The notes under the pieces: generated by a model
Seen by the model: only the letters and a program-made list of their open reading frames with translations
What the model was told of the DNA's origin: nothing
Databases searched by the model: none
Assembly: GCF_004010195.1 (NCBI RefSeq)
Contig: NC_057726.1
Span: 30,426,071-30,490,070 of the forward strand
DNA length: 64,000 nt
Direction of reading: 5' to 3'
Source of the DNA: Chiloscyllium plagiosum
Lineage: Eukaryota
Program-made: the position numbers and the translations under genes
Part shown: piece after piece, positions 37,073 through 50,039 of the stretch
Layout: every line of letters starts with the position of its first letter
How positions within the stretch are numbered: the stretch's first letter is position 1

Positions 37073-37170
37073 AACCAGCTGAGCTAACCGACCAACTGAA
37101 TTCCTGAATTTAATCACTCCACAGATCTTATATGGGCTTTCATACTGTAACTTGAGATTATTGCAGATCA

Positions 37171-37375
37171 AGGAGAAAGTGAGGCCTGCAGATGCTGGAG
37201 ATCTGAGTCGAGAGTGTAGTGCTGGAAAGCACAGCAGGTCAGGCAGCATCCAAAGAGCAGGATAATCGATGTTTCGGGCATAAGGCCCAGTTGAAAGGCT
37301 TATGGCTGAAATGTGGGTTCTCCTGCTCCTCAGATGCTGCCTGACCTGCTAAGGTTTTCCAGCACCACACTTGTC
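37171..37375. mobile_element. Fold-back PLE derivative with imperfect 10-bp TSD
   Basis: Inverted halves; ATTG(C/G)AGATC at 37160-37169 and 37376-37385. Confidence 0.75.
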
Positions 37376-37399
37376 ATTGGAGATCTATTTGAATGTAAC

Positions 37400-38400
37400 A
37401 TCTTCCCATACTCTTTCCTTCCATCTTAATTTCTTTTCACTGTCCCTATTAAGACATTTGTCTTAAGTCCTTATTTGCTGCTTCATCTTACTCTCTAACT
37501 TTTTTGTCATCCAGTGCCTTCGCTTGCTCTGCCTCTCTGCCTTGTGGGACCATACTGCCATTATACCTGGAATCATCACCTGTTGAAAGATAATCTATCG
37601 TTTCAGTAAGTTTTGTCTGCTAACATTTCATTCCAATTTACCAAGCCAGATCCGTTCTAATCTACTGAATTTATCCCTCCTCCAGTTAAATATTTTTACT
37701 CTAGCTTGCTCCTTGTCTTTTGCCAAAGGTAATCTAATCCTTCCCATAGGTAAAAGCTGATTAAAATTGCTCTACTTGGAAATGAACACAGCAGTCAAAC
37801 TGGACCTGCATTTTGAGCTCTGAGATAAGGTAGACAAGTATGTGTCATGCACAAGTTTACTGGTTTTCCTTCTGCATTATGAAACAGGCCGACTGCTGTT
37901 TCCGCAGGTCCAGTTTCCGCGGTTTCAGTTATCCGTGGTTTATTACGGTTCGGACATATTACAGGGAACGTTCCAGGACCAGAGGGCTGCCAGGAAGGTA
38001 AATTTCCCATTTAAATGCATGGGTTCGCGACTATCTGTGCTTTTGGGCTTCTGCAGTAGGTTTTGGAATGTATCCCCCGCAGGTATGGGGGGACTACTGT
38101 ACTACAATCACTATTCCCTAAATGTTTCCTGACTGATACTTCATCCACTTGACCCATCTCACCATCCACTATTGGATCCAGCAATGTTTTCTTCCTCATA
38201 GGGGCAGTAAGGTAGAACCAAAAAAATTCTCCTGATCAGGCTTGAAAACCTCCTTCCCTTGTATCCTAGTGAATTGCAGGAAAATAAATCCCCCACTATC
38301 ACAACTATATAGTTTTGCACCTCTCTGTAATTTCATGGCAATGCAACAGAATCTCTATTGTTTATAAATTCTAATCAAATATCAAATTCATGATATTTTA
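37400..38400 (-). mobile_element. Decayed CR1 ORF2 fragment (end of the endonuclease region)
   Basis: LLDPIVDGEMGQVDEVSVRKHLGNSD motif. Confidence 0.65.
37885..38099. mobile_element. pogo/Tigger-like MITE
   Basis: Right end reads TA-CAGTAGTCCCCCCATACCTGCGG on the minus strand (Tigger-like TIR). The left end CAGGCCGACTGCTGTTTCCGC is an imperfect partner. Confidence 0.65.
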
Positions 38401-39329
38401 CTCAGCCTGGAAAGTGCCACTCCAAGGATTGTTCACTATATGCAACAGATTTGATTAAGTTAAAGCAAAAGAAAAAACATAAAGAATTCAAAATGAAAAT
38501 ATTAAGACACAAGGACAAATAAGGAAAAGAGCAATGATAATCAGTTAAAACCAAAAATTATAAAATAACTAAAAAAAGTTATAATTAAAACTGAACATAT
38601 TGAACAGGCATTACAACAGACAGATGCAAGACAACTTTGTCATATGATTCTCAAAACTTTATATTAAATTTATTCAGCTATTCTGAGGCAAAATTATGTG
38701 GTCATGAGACTTGTTAAAGGTTACACAAAAATGACAGGGAGTTACCTCATCCTACATCACCTTCACTTCCTTAATGCAACTACCTCAACTCCTTAGAGGT
38801 TAAGTCTTTGCGTAACATTTGTGTGAAGAAGTAGCAATGGAAATAGAAAATATACTCTGACAAGTAATATACCACATTCACATGACATCACTCAAAGGTT
38901 TCCTTTTTTTCTCCTTCTCTAAACCTTATAAAATTTCTGAGCTACTTTCCTTTTCCTTCCTGGACTTCATCATAAGAGAAGCAGTGCTCACCATTATTAA
39001 AATTAAATGGATAGAAAATTTCATAGTTAAAGTGAAATCCAGAGACATTGTTGTAACTGAACTTTGCTGAGATATTTAGCACTTTATTACATGGGAGCCT
39101 GTTAATTTATCATACTTGTGTGATTAGTACCAGACTGAAAATGTTATGACCAGTCTGTACAAGTATAAATTAATTTTTATTGGCATCAAAAATTCTAATT
39201 ACTGCTAGAACCTCTCTTTTGTACTGAATTCAATTTTTAATATGCATGCAATCTTAGACGTTCAGATTTGAATTATTATTGGAGATTTTTAAAGGTTAAA
39301 GAACTTAAATTATTTTTAAACTTCTTTCT

Positions 39330-39770
39330 TACTGGTTCTTTTATCTCATTGTTGAGAGGCAAGGAGAGGACATGGGAAGAGATTGACAATGATGTTAAAA
39401 GGGAGTTCAAAAGTCTTTTATAAGCATAGAAATAATAAAAAGGTAGCCAGATGAAGAGACAAATCCATTAGTTAATGGTGCAAGGACTGGGGCACAAGAA
39501 CTTTAGAGTTTGGACAAATGTTGCATGGCAGACGTAGGAAGAACTTTTTTACACATGAGTGGCAACTAACCTGGAACCTGCTGCCTATGAGAATGGTGGA
39601 TTAGAGGCAGTCAATGATTTCAAAAATAAAGAGGATGAGCATGAAAGAAATAAACTCTAAGGATTACAGGGACAGAGCAGGAAAATGAGACTGATTGGAT
39701 TTATCTACAGGAAGGTATCATGGACTAGATGGCTGACAAGTCTCCTTCTCTTATAACTCAACGAGTCTAA
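39330..39770 (+). mobile_element. Decayed CR1 fragments with 3' UTR
   Basis: GGAAGAACTTTTTTACAC...GGAACCTGCTGCC CR1 C-terminal and 3' UTR pattern. Confidence 0.6.
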
Positions 39771-41129
39771 AGGAAGAATGGATACTTTTCATTTTAGAAC
39801 AAATGCTTTAATATTTTGATATGTTTAAATAGACTGTTTTCACAGGAGATGAAAGCTTGGCCAAATTTGAACGATGAACAATTTGAAGTGGCCCAAATCA
39901 GCTGAATTGTTAAATACACATTTTTGGCCTAATCAATAAAGAAAGCGATTGGGTTGGCCAGCTCGTTTGCTGAATGCGTCAACTGCTATTTTGTTCAGGA
40001 TGATTCAAGAAAACACCATGAGCTGAAATTCCACAAGGGTTTGAAGGGGGGTGGGGGAGTGGGAGTTGTTTGGGGAGGTCAGTTGGAATTCTTAAATATT
40101 CTCTGTAACCATGTGGAAACCCTGGTGAAGTAGTATAAATATAATTTATCCCTCTGGTCCCGAGTTTCTACAGATCTTCAGCAAAGTATATGCAGGAAAT
40201 CAGCAGCGTCCTCTCTAAATGACTCTCAGTTCTAACAGTGATCCTGTGACAGCAACGATCCAAACAAAAATCCAAATTGACATTGTTTGGGATCCATTGC
40301 GCATGGTTAACACATGCAAGGGTGTAGTATCCAAACATTTCAAACCTAAAACGGCCTTCTGAACCCAAAACTCTGGTTTAATTTGTGGAGGAGTCCTGTC
40401 AATCAAGCAGCTGGTTCTTTAGGCACCCAATGGTTAACAATTCAAAACGACATCAGCCACACTCACCATGAAGATCCTACCTTTTCAATTTCACTCCTCA
40501 CCTAAGGCGTGATGACCCTTGGGTTGAATCACCACGGTCATCTCTATCTAACTAGAGAGCATTCCAATGATCGTCTGGGACTGTGGCAACTTTAGGGTCT
40601 TAACTTTATTAATGGGGTTGGATGGTGACTTACCCTAATTGGAGACTCTTAGAACCCCATTAACACCAGGCACAACATGTGTAAATCAAAAACAGTGGTT
40701 CTTTAAATAGATTGTTTTCAATAATCTGTTTGGCATCCAGCCAAATAATGTATTAAAAAGGTACATGCATAGCATACATCAATTCAGGTTGTTTGAAGAT
40801 ATGTTGTAATCATCTATGTTTGGAAATACCCACCAGGTCTGTGTTCCAACAGATGGTAATAACTTTTAAAAGTCTGCATCTGGGAACTGTGTATTACTGT
40901 TTAAATGCAATACTTTAATGTAATGTGCTTTGGTGTCATAGGAAGTGGATTCATTCCTCCTGTGCTAAATTACTAATTTTGTTTGTTACTTAAGGGTTAG
41001 CTCTCAATATAAACACAAAAGGAAAATAGTTAACTTGTATGATGTTTTCATAGAAACTGCACAACAGAAACAGACATGGTCTGAATTGATTGACTTATTA
41101 AATAAAATTCTTCATCTCTAGCTCTGCTA

Positions 41130-43290
41130 TTACCCGATATTTTTCATAAAGGTTCTAGATTCCATTCCACTATGATTATTAACTAGTCTATAGTTCCCTA
41201 AATTATTTCTGCTGATCTTCTTGAACAGGTACACTTTGTGTTTATGAGCCTTCTGGCACTTTTCATCGGTCTTTTAATTTTTACATCTGGATAGTGCCTC
41301 TGCCATGTCCAGTTTACTTTCTTTGAAGAACAATGGATATAATTCATCAGGAACTGAAATTCTGACGTCCTTAACTTTGGTTAGATTGGCTAGTATCTCA
41401 CTTCTATTTTAAACATTGTAATATCCACCTTCTCTTATTGTTATTTCCTCTTTGGAAGCCTTGTCAATGAAAACTAATGAAAAGTATCTATTCAGCACCC
41501 CTGCTATTTCACTTCCATCTTATGTGAAGTAATCTTGCCCATCCCTTACTGGTCCTATTCTTCACTTAATTGTCTTTTTTATTATTCATCTGCCTGTAGA
41601 ATATAGCACTTTTTAACAAATCTCTTTTAGTGTTTTAATTTACATTTCCTCTTTATTTTTTAATTGTTTGTTTAACTTCTTTCCTCTGTCCATCATATTC
41701 CATTTGACTACTTTTTAAATTATTTATGTACAGTGCAAGTGTCATTACTGTTAGATTCAATTTTATATTGTTTCTTTATCTTCTCATGGTGACTCTTCTT
41801 TCAGTAGTTGAACCCATTCTTAAGTGGAATAAAATTCTTCTGAATTCTAGTCATCTGTACACTGTAGTCTGTCAATATTTTGTGAAGTTTATATCTCTTA
41901 TCTCTATTAATACTTCCTCAAAGTTGCCCTTTTCTTATCTGTTATTTTGGTTTTTATACTGTATATATCTCTCTGAATTATCACCTAACCTTGCTGATAA
42001 TATATCCCATCTTTGGCAGCACTTTAGTGAATTCTGACTGCAACCTATTGAGAACCTAAAGTGATTGCTCATGAAGTGTGGCGATCAGAACGGGATGCAA
42101 TATCTAGTTGTTGTCTAACCAGAGCTTTATAAAGATTCAGCATTACTACCTTGTATTTGTACTCAAAACCTCCATTTATAAAGTCCAAGATCATAAGTGC
42201 TTTGAAGTCTGCTGTCTCAGCTTCCAACACCGGTGACATCCAGTTCTCTTTATCCCTGTGCACTCTTTGGAACTGTGCCATTAAAAGCCAAAGTTGCATC
42301 TCACCATTCTTCCAATTCAAGCACATAGCCACACACGTTTTTGTAATAAATTCCATTTGCCACTTGTCTGCCTCACTATCTATGTCTTGTTAGAGTAAAT
42401 TAGAATTATACTCTTGCTTGCTATTTCTTGTAATTCACTGGCTTTTTTCACTAGTATTGTGTATTTACATGCAGTAGATATTGTAAAACTGGTTTTGCAT
42501 CCTCACAGTCATTCCTAGACTGCTTCTATCTAATATGTTCTCTCATATTTTCTTCTTTTACATACTCTGATCTATTTCCCATTCTTAACTAAAGCTGTTC
42601 TTCTCACTTTGGACTTCTTGACGCTTGGTTTGAAAGAATTTCTTACATACACTATTAAAATTCCAACTTCTTCTCACTATACATCCATATCTCAAACCAT
42701 TTCTATCAGGTTGTTGAAACTGGGTTCACGTTTGTGATTTTATGATTTTTGCTGATTTCATATGTTTGCCAATACTTATTCTTCTTTGATTTCCTTTAGC
42801 CCCTGTTTCTACATCCTTAATAAGATAAGTAACCACTTCCTCCTTTATCTCAACCCACTTGCTTATTGTTTGTATCTCCTTTCTTGTTTCTTCCATTATA
42901 TTCTTTCTGATAAATATAACTACTCCACACCCCTCCTCCTTCTCTCATTTCTATAGCCAGTGATATTTACATGTCAAATCTTTTGTGTCTACAGCCATTT
43001 TTCCATTTTGGACATTGCATTTCTTTTCTCAATACCACCATTTAATTTCCAACACACTGTATTTTGCTGAACATGCATTTTTTAAAAAAATTTTTTATCA
43101 ACGCAGCTTTATTTTTAACAAATGTTACTTCATGTAACCATTTCTTTTCTCTGATTATTAATGTTATCATTCTGTCTTTTAATATAACTATCATTGCTGT
43201 CATGACTTACTTTCCATATCTTTAGGTTATCATTATTTGCAACCAAACTCCCTACCCAAACTAAATGTAAGGTCCATTTACATTGCTTCT
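41130..43290 (-). mobile_element. Ancient CR1 fragments
   Basis: ILDFINGGFEYKYKVVMLNLYKALVRQQL (42069-42356); the rest is highly decayed. Confidence 0.6.
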
Positions 43291-43294
43291 GATA

Positions 43295-43612
43295 GGGGTG
43301 GTATTATCACTGGGCTGTTAATCCAGGGAATGTTCTGGGTTTGAATCCTGCCACAGCAGATAATGGAAATTAAATTCAGCAGATGGTGGAATTTGAATTC
43401 AATGAAAATCTGGAATTAAGAGTCTCATGATGACTATGAATTTGTTGTCAACATTTGGAAAAACTCATCTGGTTCACTAATGTCCTTTAGTATATGATCC
43501 TGCCATCCTTACCTGGTCTGGCCTACATGGGACTCCAGACCCATAGCAACTCTCAACTGTCCTCTGGCTAGCCTAGCCAGAGATGCCCTCACCCCATGGC
43601 TGATTAAAAAAA
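43295..43612 (+). mobile_element. Second SINE family (tRNA-like head; tail shared with the 12150-14078 LINE)
   Basis: GGTGGTATTATCACTGG...GGTTTGAATCC boxes; CATCTGGTTCACTAATGTCCTTTAG core; GCCTAGCCAGAGATGCCC tail. Confidence 0.75.
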
Positions 43613-46084
43613 AGACTCATTATAGATGCTAAAGCGCAGTCCACTCCAGCTGTCCAACTCTTCCCTATCCCAATACTGATGCCTGCCCCATAAACTGTCG
43701 TTCTGCCAGATATTCAATGTCATCTGCTTATTTCTCTGTCAGGAGGACAGAGGATTTCCTCATTTCCCCTCCCCCGACATTATCCCAGTCCCAAGCCTCC
43801 AACTCAACATAACCCTCCTGACCTGTTTATCACCTTTCCCATCTTTCCGCTCCACCCTCCTCTTGACCTATCACTTTCTCCCACCCCTTCATCTTCCTAT
43901 CGCATTCTTTTTTCATTTTTCTATTTATCAACTAGACATTAAACAGATATTGTGCATCAGCTGCCTGCCATAGAAGCCACCCAGTTGTAATAAATATTGA
44001 ATTTAATATCATAAAAAACCATGACTGTCTAAAGAGCTGTCAATCCACAATGCTTGACATATATGCAGAAGCAAATTAAAAATAGGTCTAATAGTATTAA
44101 ATTTGAAACAGTTGACTGAAGATGGCTCTTTACTAGAGAAGATTAAAGTGATTTTTATTCTACTCAGACGCGAGATGAATGAATAATTAACACTAACCTG
44201 AGTGACTAACCTGGACCCTTAATATGCAACCTAGTGCACAAGGCAAGGGAGGCCCATCTGATGTCAACAGAAGCCTTTTTTAACTATGTAGATTCAGATC
44301 TAATGTCATCAGCAGCCCCAAATGCATGTTTAACAGTGGATTGAGCAGGGAACTGAGTGCTTTATTTCCAAGGAAGAATCAGTGGGAACAGAAGAGGTTC
44401 AAACTGCTGAGTAGTTTTATGTTCTTCATGGGCCAGGATGCACAGGAGAGCTGATTACTGGTAACTGTTCTTTCGGTGCCAGCTGTTGTTATATAAGATA
44501 ATGGTTCTGCAGGGATTACTGGTAAAACTCTATCTTGATAATGTCACACAGCCTTTGTGTGGAGAATAAGGCAGTCTAGTGCAAAGTCCTAGTTGAGACA
44601 GACATGTTTTTTCTGGCTCCTGGTCAGTGTAAATAATTATTTCTATTAATCAATGTATATTGTACTTATTGGTACCATTCAATAAACTGCCTTTTTGATA
44701 TATATTTCAAATGTCTCTTCTGTTGAGACCCACTGGTAGTCTACCTTCTACCACTGATGTTTAGACTGGCCCTTAGACTCTGTATGGAAAGGAGAATGGA
44801 TGACAGCTCTATGTCCAAGCCGCAAGGTACTGAATGGAAACACAGAATGCGTTTGAAATCTTGATCAGCAATGACGCTGTTGCGGCAAAACTCAACGTAA
44901 CAACAGTAATGGGAATCCATTCATCCCTGGGGACAAACAAGTCTGAAGAAAGGTCAGCTTACCACATTAAAAACAACACTACTTTAAGAAGACCCTAATA
45001 TTAAGTCAGTCAGTAGCTGTAACATGAAAATTGATGGACAATCAGTAGCACTTATAGGAGAAGCAACAGGGTTTAAAGCAGTAGTGCAAAATGAAGTATT
45101 CACCTCAGAACTTGCAAAAGATGCAGGAAATTCAGAATGGGCTAGTTAGAGAGTAAACATCAACTACATTGGAATGTGGCACCATTGTTAGGGAAGACTC
45201 TGGGAGTGACTGAAATTTCCAATTTAAAAATTTAAACACAAGAATCGTTCAACATCTATCAATTCCCACACACTGTCAATATGTCATCAACACATTGAAC
45301 TCTATGCAAATTGCAACAAGTGATTTTGCTGTTATAGGAGTTTTATCCTTAGGCATTGGCAGGCGAATCTATAACTGATGCTGAAAATACTGGAAGCTCA
45401 CATGAGGTCAGGCAGCAGCTGTGTTGAGAGTAGAGAAATTGTTGTTCTTAATCTTTGTTAAACCTTTAAATAATCATTCTAATTTGCACAGAAGGAAACT
45501 TGCAACAGATGGTAAGTAAGTCACAAAAATGACAAAGAGGAAAAGAATCGTGTCATCTTCTCAATCTCCAAAAAGTTATGACACAATAAGTACACTCCCC
45601 AACATACCCAAAACCCATATCATCTCCTAGCAGAGGCAAAACAATGATAAAAACCCAGGACAAATTATGAAGGCATAGAGGCATGTCGGGGAAATCTTGG
45701 AACTTTCTTAGGAGATCAAAACAAATCCAGAAAATCACTCTAACCATGAGAATGTTTTACCTTTTTTAAAGCTGTCTACTCCAGAAAGATCCACTTCTCA
45801 ATTGAAGAGCATAAGAGGTAGAATCAGGAGTAAGCCATTCAGGTCATTGAGTCTATTGCGCAATGCAATATAATGGTGGCTATGTATAACCCGAACTCTA
45901 TTGTCCTGCCTATCACCAATGACCCTTGACTCCTATCTGTAGATCAAGCATCTAACTCAGTTGCAAATGTATTTACTGTCAAGCCTCCACTGCTATCTGC
46001 AGAAGGGAAGGCCAAAAACTCAAACTCGTAAATTGGAGATGTTTTTAACACGTGCCCTGTAGATTCCCCTTAGATTCAGAGAAT

Positions 46085-46685
46085 TGAATAAAAGCAAAAT
46101 ATTGCAGATGCTAAAGATCTACAACAAACATAGAGAATTGAAGCACATGGAAGTTCAAGGAACAACACCTAATTTTCCACTTAGGTATTCTACTGCCTTG
46201 AGGTCCCAGTACTGAATTCTTTAACTGTTGAAACTGACTACGTTATGTTGGTTCTTCATTTTTCTTACGTTGTCTCCGCTCATGCCCTTTGACTCATAGC
46301 CTTGATTTATTTGTGTTTGTTTACTTTGCTCTCAGTCAGAAATCACACAACACCAGGTAATAGTCCAACAGCTTTGTTTGAAATCACAAGCTTTTGGAGC
46401 ACTGCTCCTTCATAGATGAAGTGGAGGGAACGCACAGTTTGTCCATCACAGTCCAACACCAGCACCTCCATGTCATGACTACTTTGCTATCAGCAGACAG
46501 GATCCATTTACACCTGAATTTATACCCATTTTCTATCTCTTTTGTTTGATCACCACTAACGACCTGATCCTCTTTTATAATAGGTGCCTGCAGTGTCCAA
46601 CCCCTCATTCTATGCCTCTGTCAAACCATTTTCTAAAACTCCTTTAAGTTCTGAAGAAGAGTCATATTAGACTTGAAAGCATTAT
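46085..46685 (+). mobile_element. Composite PLE 3' and terminal-repeat remnants
   Basis: EQHLIFHLGIL; hammerhead remnant CTGAAGAAGAGTCATATTAGACTTGAAAG at 46651-46679. Confidence 0.65.
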
Positions 46686-46749
46686 ATCATGGTGATCTAG
46701 AACACCCACTTTTGCAAGAATCAGTGTTCATTGAAACAATGAACTCAGC

Positions 46750-47545
46750 AACTCATAGAGCCATACAACACAGAAACAGACTCTTCAGTCCAAATTGTCC
46801 ATACCAACCAAATTTCCCAAACTAAATTGGCCCCACTTGCCTGCATTTGGCCACTATCCCTCTAAACCTTTCCTATTCATATACCTATCCAAAAGTCTTT
46901 TAAAAGTTCTTACTGAACTTGTATCTACCACTTCAGCTGACAGTTCATTCCACATACAATCCACTCTCTGTTTGAAAATGTTTTAAGTCTATCTTCTCTA
47001 ACCTTAAAAATATGACCCCCAGTTTTGAACTCACCCATCCTAGAGAAAAGACCTTTGCTATTCATTTTATCTGTGTCCTTCATGATTTTATAAATCGCTA
47101 TAAAGTGACCCCTCAACCTCTTATGCTCCAGCAAAAAAAAGTTCCAGTCCATCCAGCTTCTCTTAATAACTCAAACACTTCCAGCAACATCCTGGTAAAT
47201 CTTTCCTGAATCCTATCCAACTTAATAGTATCCTTCCTATAGCAAGGCAATCAGAACTGTACACAGTACTCCAATCAAGGCCTCACCAATGTCCTGTACA
47301 ACCTCAATATGACATCCCTATTCCTATACCAGAGGTCTCAGCATTGAAGCAAGTGTGCCAAAGACCTTAACTGCTCTGTCAACCTGTGATGCAGCTATGT
47401 ACCAGAACCCCAAGGTCTCGCTGTTCGACAAACCTACCCAGGGCCCTACCATTAATTGTATAAATCCCGCCCTTTTGGTTTACTAAAATGTAATGCCATG
47501 CATTTATCCAAATTAAACTCCATCTTCCACTCCTCAGCCCATTTG
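46750..47545 (-). mobile_element. CR1 (HER1-like) LINE 3' end
   Basis: LEHKRLRGHFIAIYKIMKDTDKMNSKGLF; tail similar to the HE1 tail. Confidence 0.85.
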
Positions 47546-48099
47546 AATTCAACTTTAACAGACAAGACTGTATACTGGAGACAGAGCAAGCAGATTAACA
47601 TTCTTGTGCATTTGAACATCCTCTCTGGGGGGCAGGTACCAGCTGTTCAAAGATAGGATCATAGAGTATGACATTACAGAAAGAGCCCCTTCAGTCAATC
47701 AGGTCCATACTGCTCATTAGGTGCCTACCTAATCGAATGAAAACAGAAACTCAGCAGGTCTGACAGCATTTGTGGTAAGAAGGCAGTATTAACATTTTGA
47801 GTCTGGTGATTTTTCATCATAAGTGGAACAAAAACTGATGAAGGCCCATGTTTTCAAATTCCTGAAAGGGCAACTGAGCTTTGGAAGGTCTTGTATAAGT
47901 CTTCAGATACTCACCCACTATCCTTCATTGGAAGGCAGGCCAGTCCTTTAGCCAGTGTTTGGCTAATTCAGCAAAGTTCACTGTCAAATGACTGCTCCCG
48001 TGATTAAATAAGGTTGTGGCCTTTATTTGACACATATGGAGGGCATTGACAGAAAACCCAAATGTCACAACAGAAACACAAATGTTACAAGAAATGGAG

Positions 48100-48525
48100 A
48101 GAGGCTGCATAGACTGGGGCTATTTCCCCTGCAGCATCAGAGATAGAGGGGTGACCCTATAGAGGTTTATAAAATCATGAGGGGCATGGATAGGGTGAAT
48201 AGCCAAGGTCTTTTCCCCAGGGTAGCAGAATCCAAAATTAGAGGGCAAAACTAAGATGAGAGGGGAAAGATTTAAAAGGGGCATAAGGAACAACTTTTCC
48301 ATGCAGAGGGTAGTGTGTGAATAAGCTGCCAGAGGAAATGGTGGAGGCTGGTACAATTATAACATTTAAAATACATCTAGATGGGTACATGAATAGGAAG
48401 AGTTACAGAGATATGGGCCAAATGCTGGCAGATGGGACTAGATTTATTTAGAATATCTGGTCGGCATGGATGAGTTGGATTAAAGGGTCTGTTTCCATGC
48501 TGTATATCTCTATGACTATGACTCT
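48100..48525 (+). mobile_element. CR1 (HER1-like) LINE 3' end
   Basis: RGDPIEVYKIMRGMDRVNSQGLFP; tail GGGTCTGTTTCCATGCTGTA...CTATGACTATGACTCTA. Confidence 0.88.
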
Positions 48526-49319
48526 AAATGAACCAAATGGTGTACCACTTAAGGTCAATAGTTCATTCTCCAATTGAGGGAATAATGTACAGAGCAAGAA
48601 TCTAAAAGAATGGATTGTAGGAAGTAAAGTTAAAAGGTTAAGTTGTAAAATATTCAGCTCCTCTTAGAACAAACAAACAAAATATTTCTGATTTTCTAAT
48701 CAGAAATCAGTCAGATGTGGTGACCGATGTCAATGACAGAAGCAAGCACTAATGAACCATGTGTACTTTATAGTCTGAAGAAAGCATTTTCTTCCTCTTT
48801 TCACAATGTAGAAGTAGGAATTTCAATGTTAAACAATTCCCAGCTGCCTTTCATGCTTTCCAAGCAAGAAGCCAAAATCATGTAAAAAGACAAATTTCTT
48901 TTAGGCATGAGTCATACCTCTGTAAACTGTTGAATTTTGTGGTTTTGTGGGGAGTTTGGAAATCTATTGAGACTGAAAAAGCGTTCAGGTCTGGAGTACA
49001 GATTTGGAGGTGGTCACCTCCACACATTGGGAGGGGGAGATGGCTTTTCTCACGCAATTCCAAAATTGTCAGCCCAATGGTTCTGCATGATCAGTGTGGC
49101 AGGCAGTGTTGGAAGCTGATGCCTTCAAAGGGTTGAAGATTTTGGTGCCAAATTGAAAAGATTGGCACAAAATTTAAGCACTTGATGTGCAGTGAACATT
49201 CTGATCCTTCTATCCTTTCCTGGTCAGCCTTCTTCAGATAGACATCCACTCTTAGCCAGCACCTGTTAAACCCCAACATCCCACCTTGGTTATCCTCCAT
49301 TTCCCATGCAAATTCACCC

Positions 49320-49630
49320 CATAGGATGAGACCATCACAGGCTAGGCCAGCATTTATCGGCCAACCCAGAAGGCAGTTAAGAGACAACTACATTGCTGTA
49401 GGTCTGGAGTCACATGTAGTCCAGACAAGACAAGGATTGCCATTTCCTTCAGTGGACTAGATTGCTTTTTCCTAACAATTGAAAATGGATTCAAGGTTGC
49501 CATTAGACTCTTAATTCCAGATTTTTATTGAATTCAAATTCCACCATTGCCATGGTGGGATTTGAAGCCAGTTCCCAAACCATTATCTGGGTCTCTGGAT
49601 TTGCAGTTAAATGATAATAACACTTGGCCA
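49320..49630 (-). mobile_element. Second SINE family copy
   Basis: Reverse complement of 43295-43612. Confidence 0.75.
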
Positions 49631-50039
49631 TCTCCTCCCCATTGCTTCTGCAAAGAGGACACAACAACAGCTATTTACTCCAGCACGCATCTTGGTGCCT
49701 TGTATGCAGTTGGAAATCAGAAGGCATGTGCTCATGAAGAATTTCAGTGGGAAGGGAAATGTAATTCTGATAGACTGGCCTTTCACAGAGCATGCATGGC
49801 ATGCAAACATCCAACAGGTGCTTTCCCACATCTGCCTTCAGGAAGCTCAAACCACATGTAAAGGTCTGAGATCGTAATTGCTAACCTTCATCTTTCACTC
49901 AGGAACCTGACATTTGGCTTCTCACACAATTAAGCTCTGCCACCCACCTTGCTTTCCATTTCCCATAATCCCCAATCATAAGACAAAGATGCTTTGAAAG
50001 AGAGACTGCCTCAGTCAAATCTAACAATTGGATGGTCAA

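Larger units (their letters stand above)
35330..37160 (+). mobile_element. Old L2 LINE 3' fragment split by later insertions (pieces ~35330-35470, 36165-36440, 37100-37160)
   Basis: MLADLY*FLVKQYLDFKI...HGL..DYL resembles the L2 motif LADLHWLPVxQRIDFKI...LHGLAPPYL. Confidence 0.65.

Noticed and set aside
38765-38800. Minus-strand TGAGGTAGT resembling the let-7 seed
   Set aside because: The match stops after 9 nt and no precursor hairpin is evident.
39840-39910. Possible exon after TTTTCACAG (EMKAWPNLNDEQFEVAQIS*)
   Set aside because: Stops in all frames, no donor and no recognisable homology; a UTR exon cannot be excluded.
44400-45300. Possible decayed Gypsy LTR and protease (PLLGRLW-like)
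   Set aside because: Only one short motif; too weak to call.
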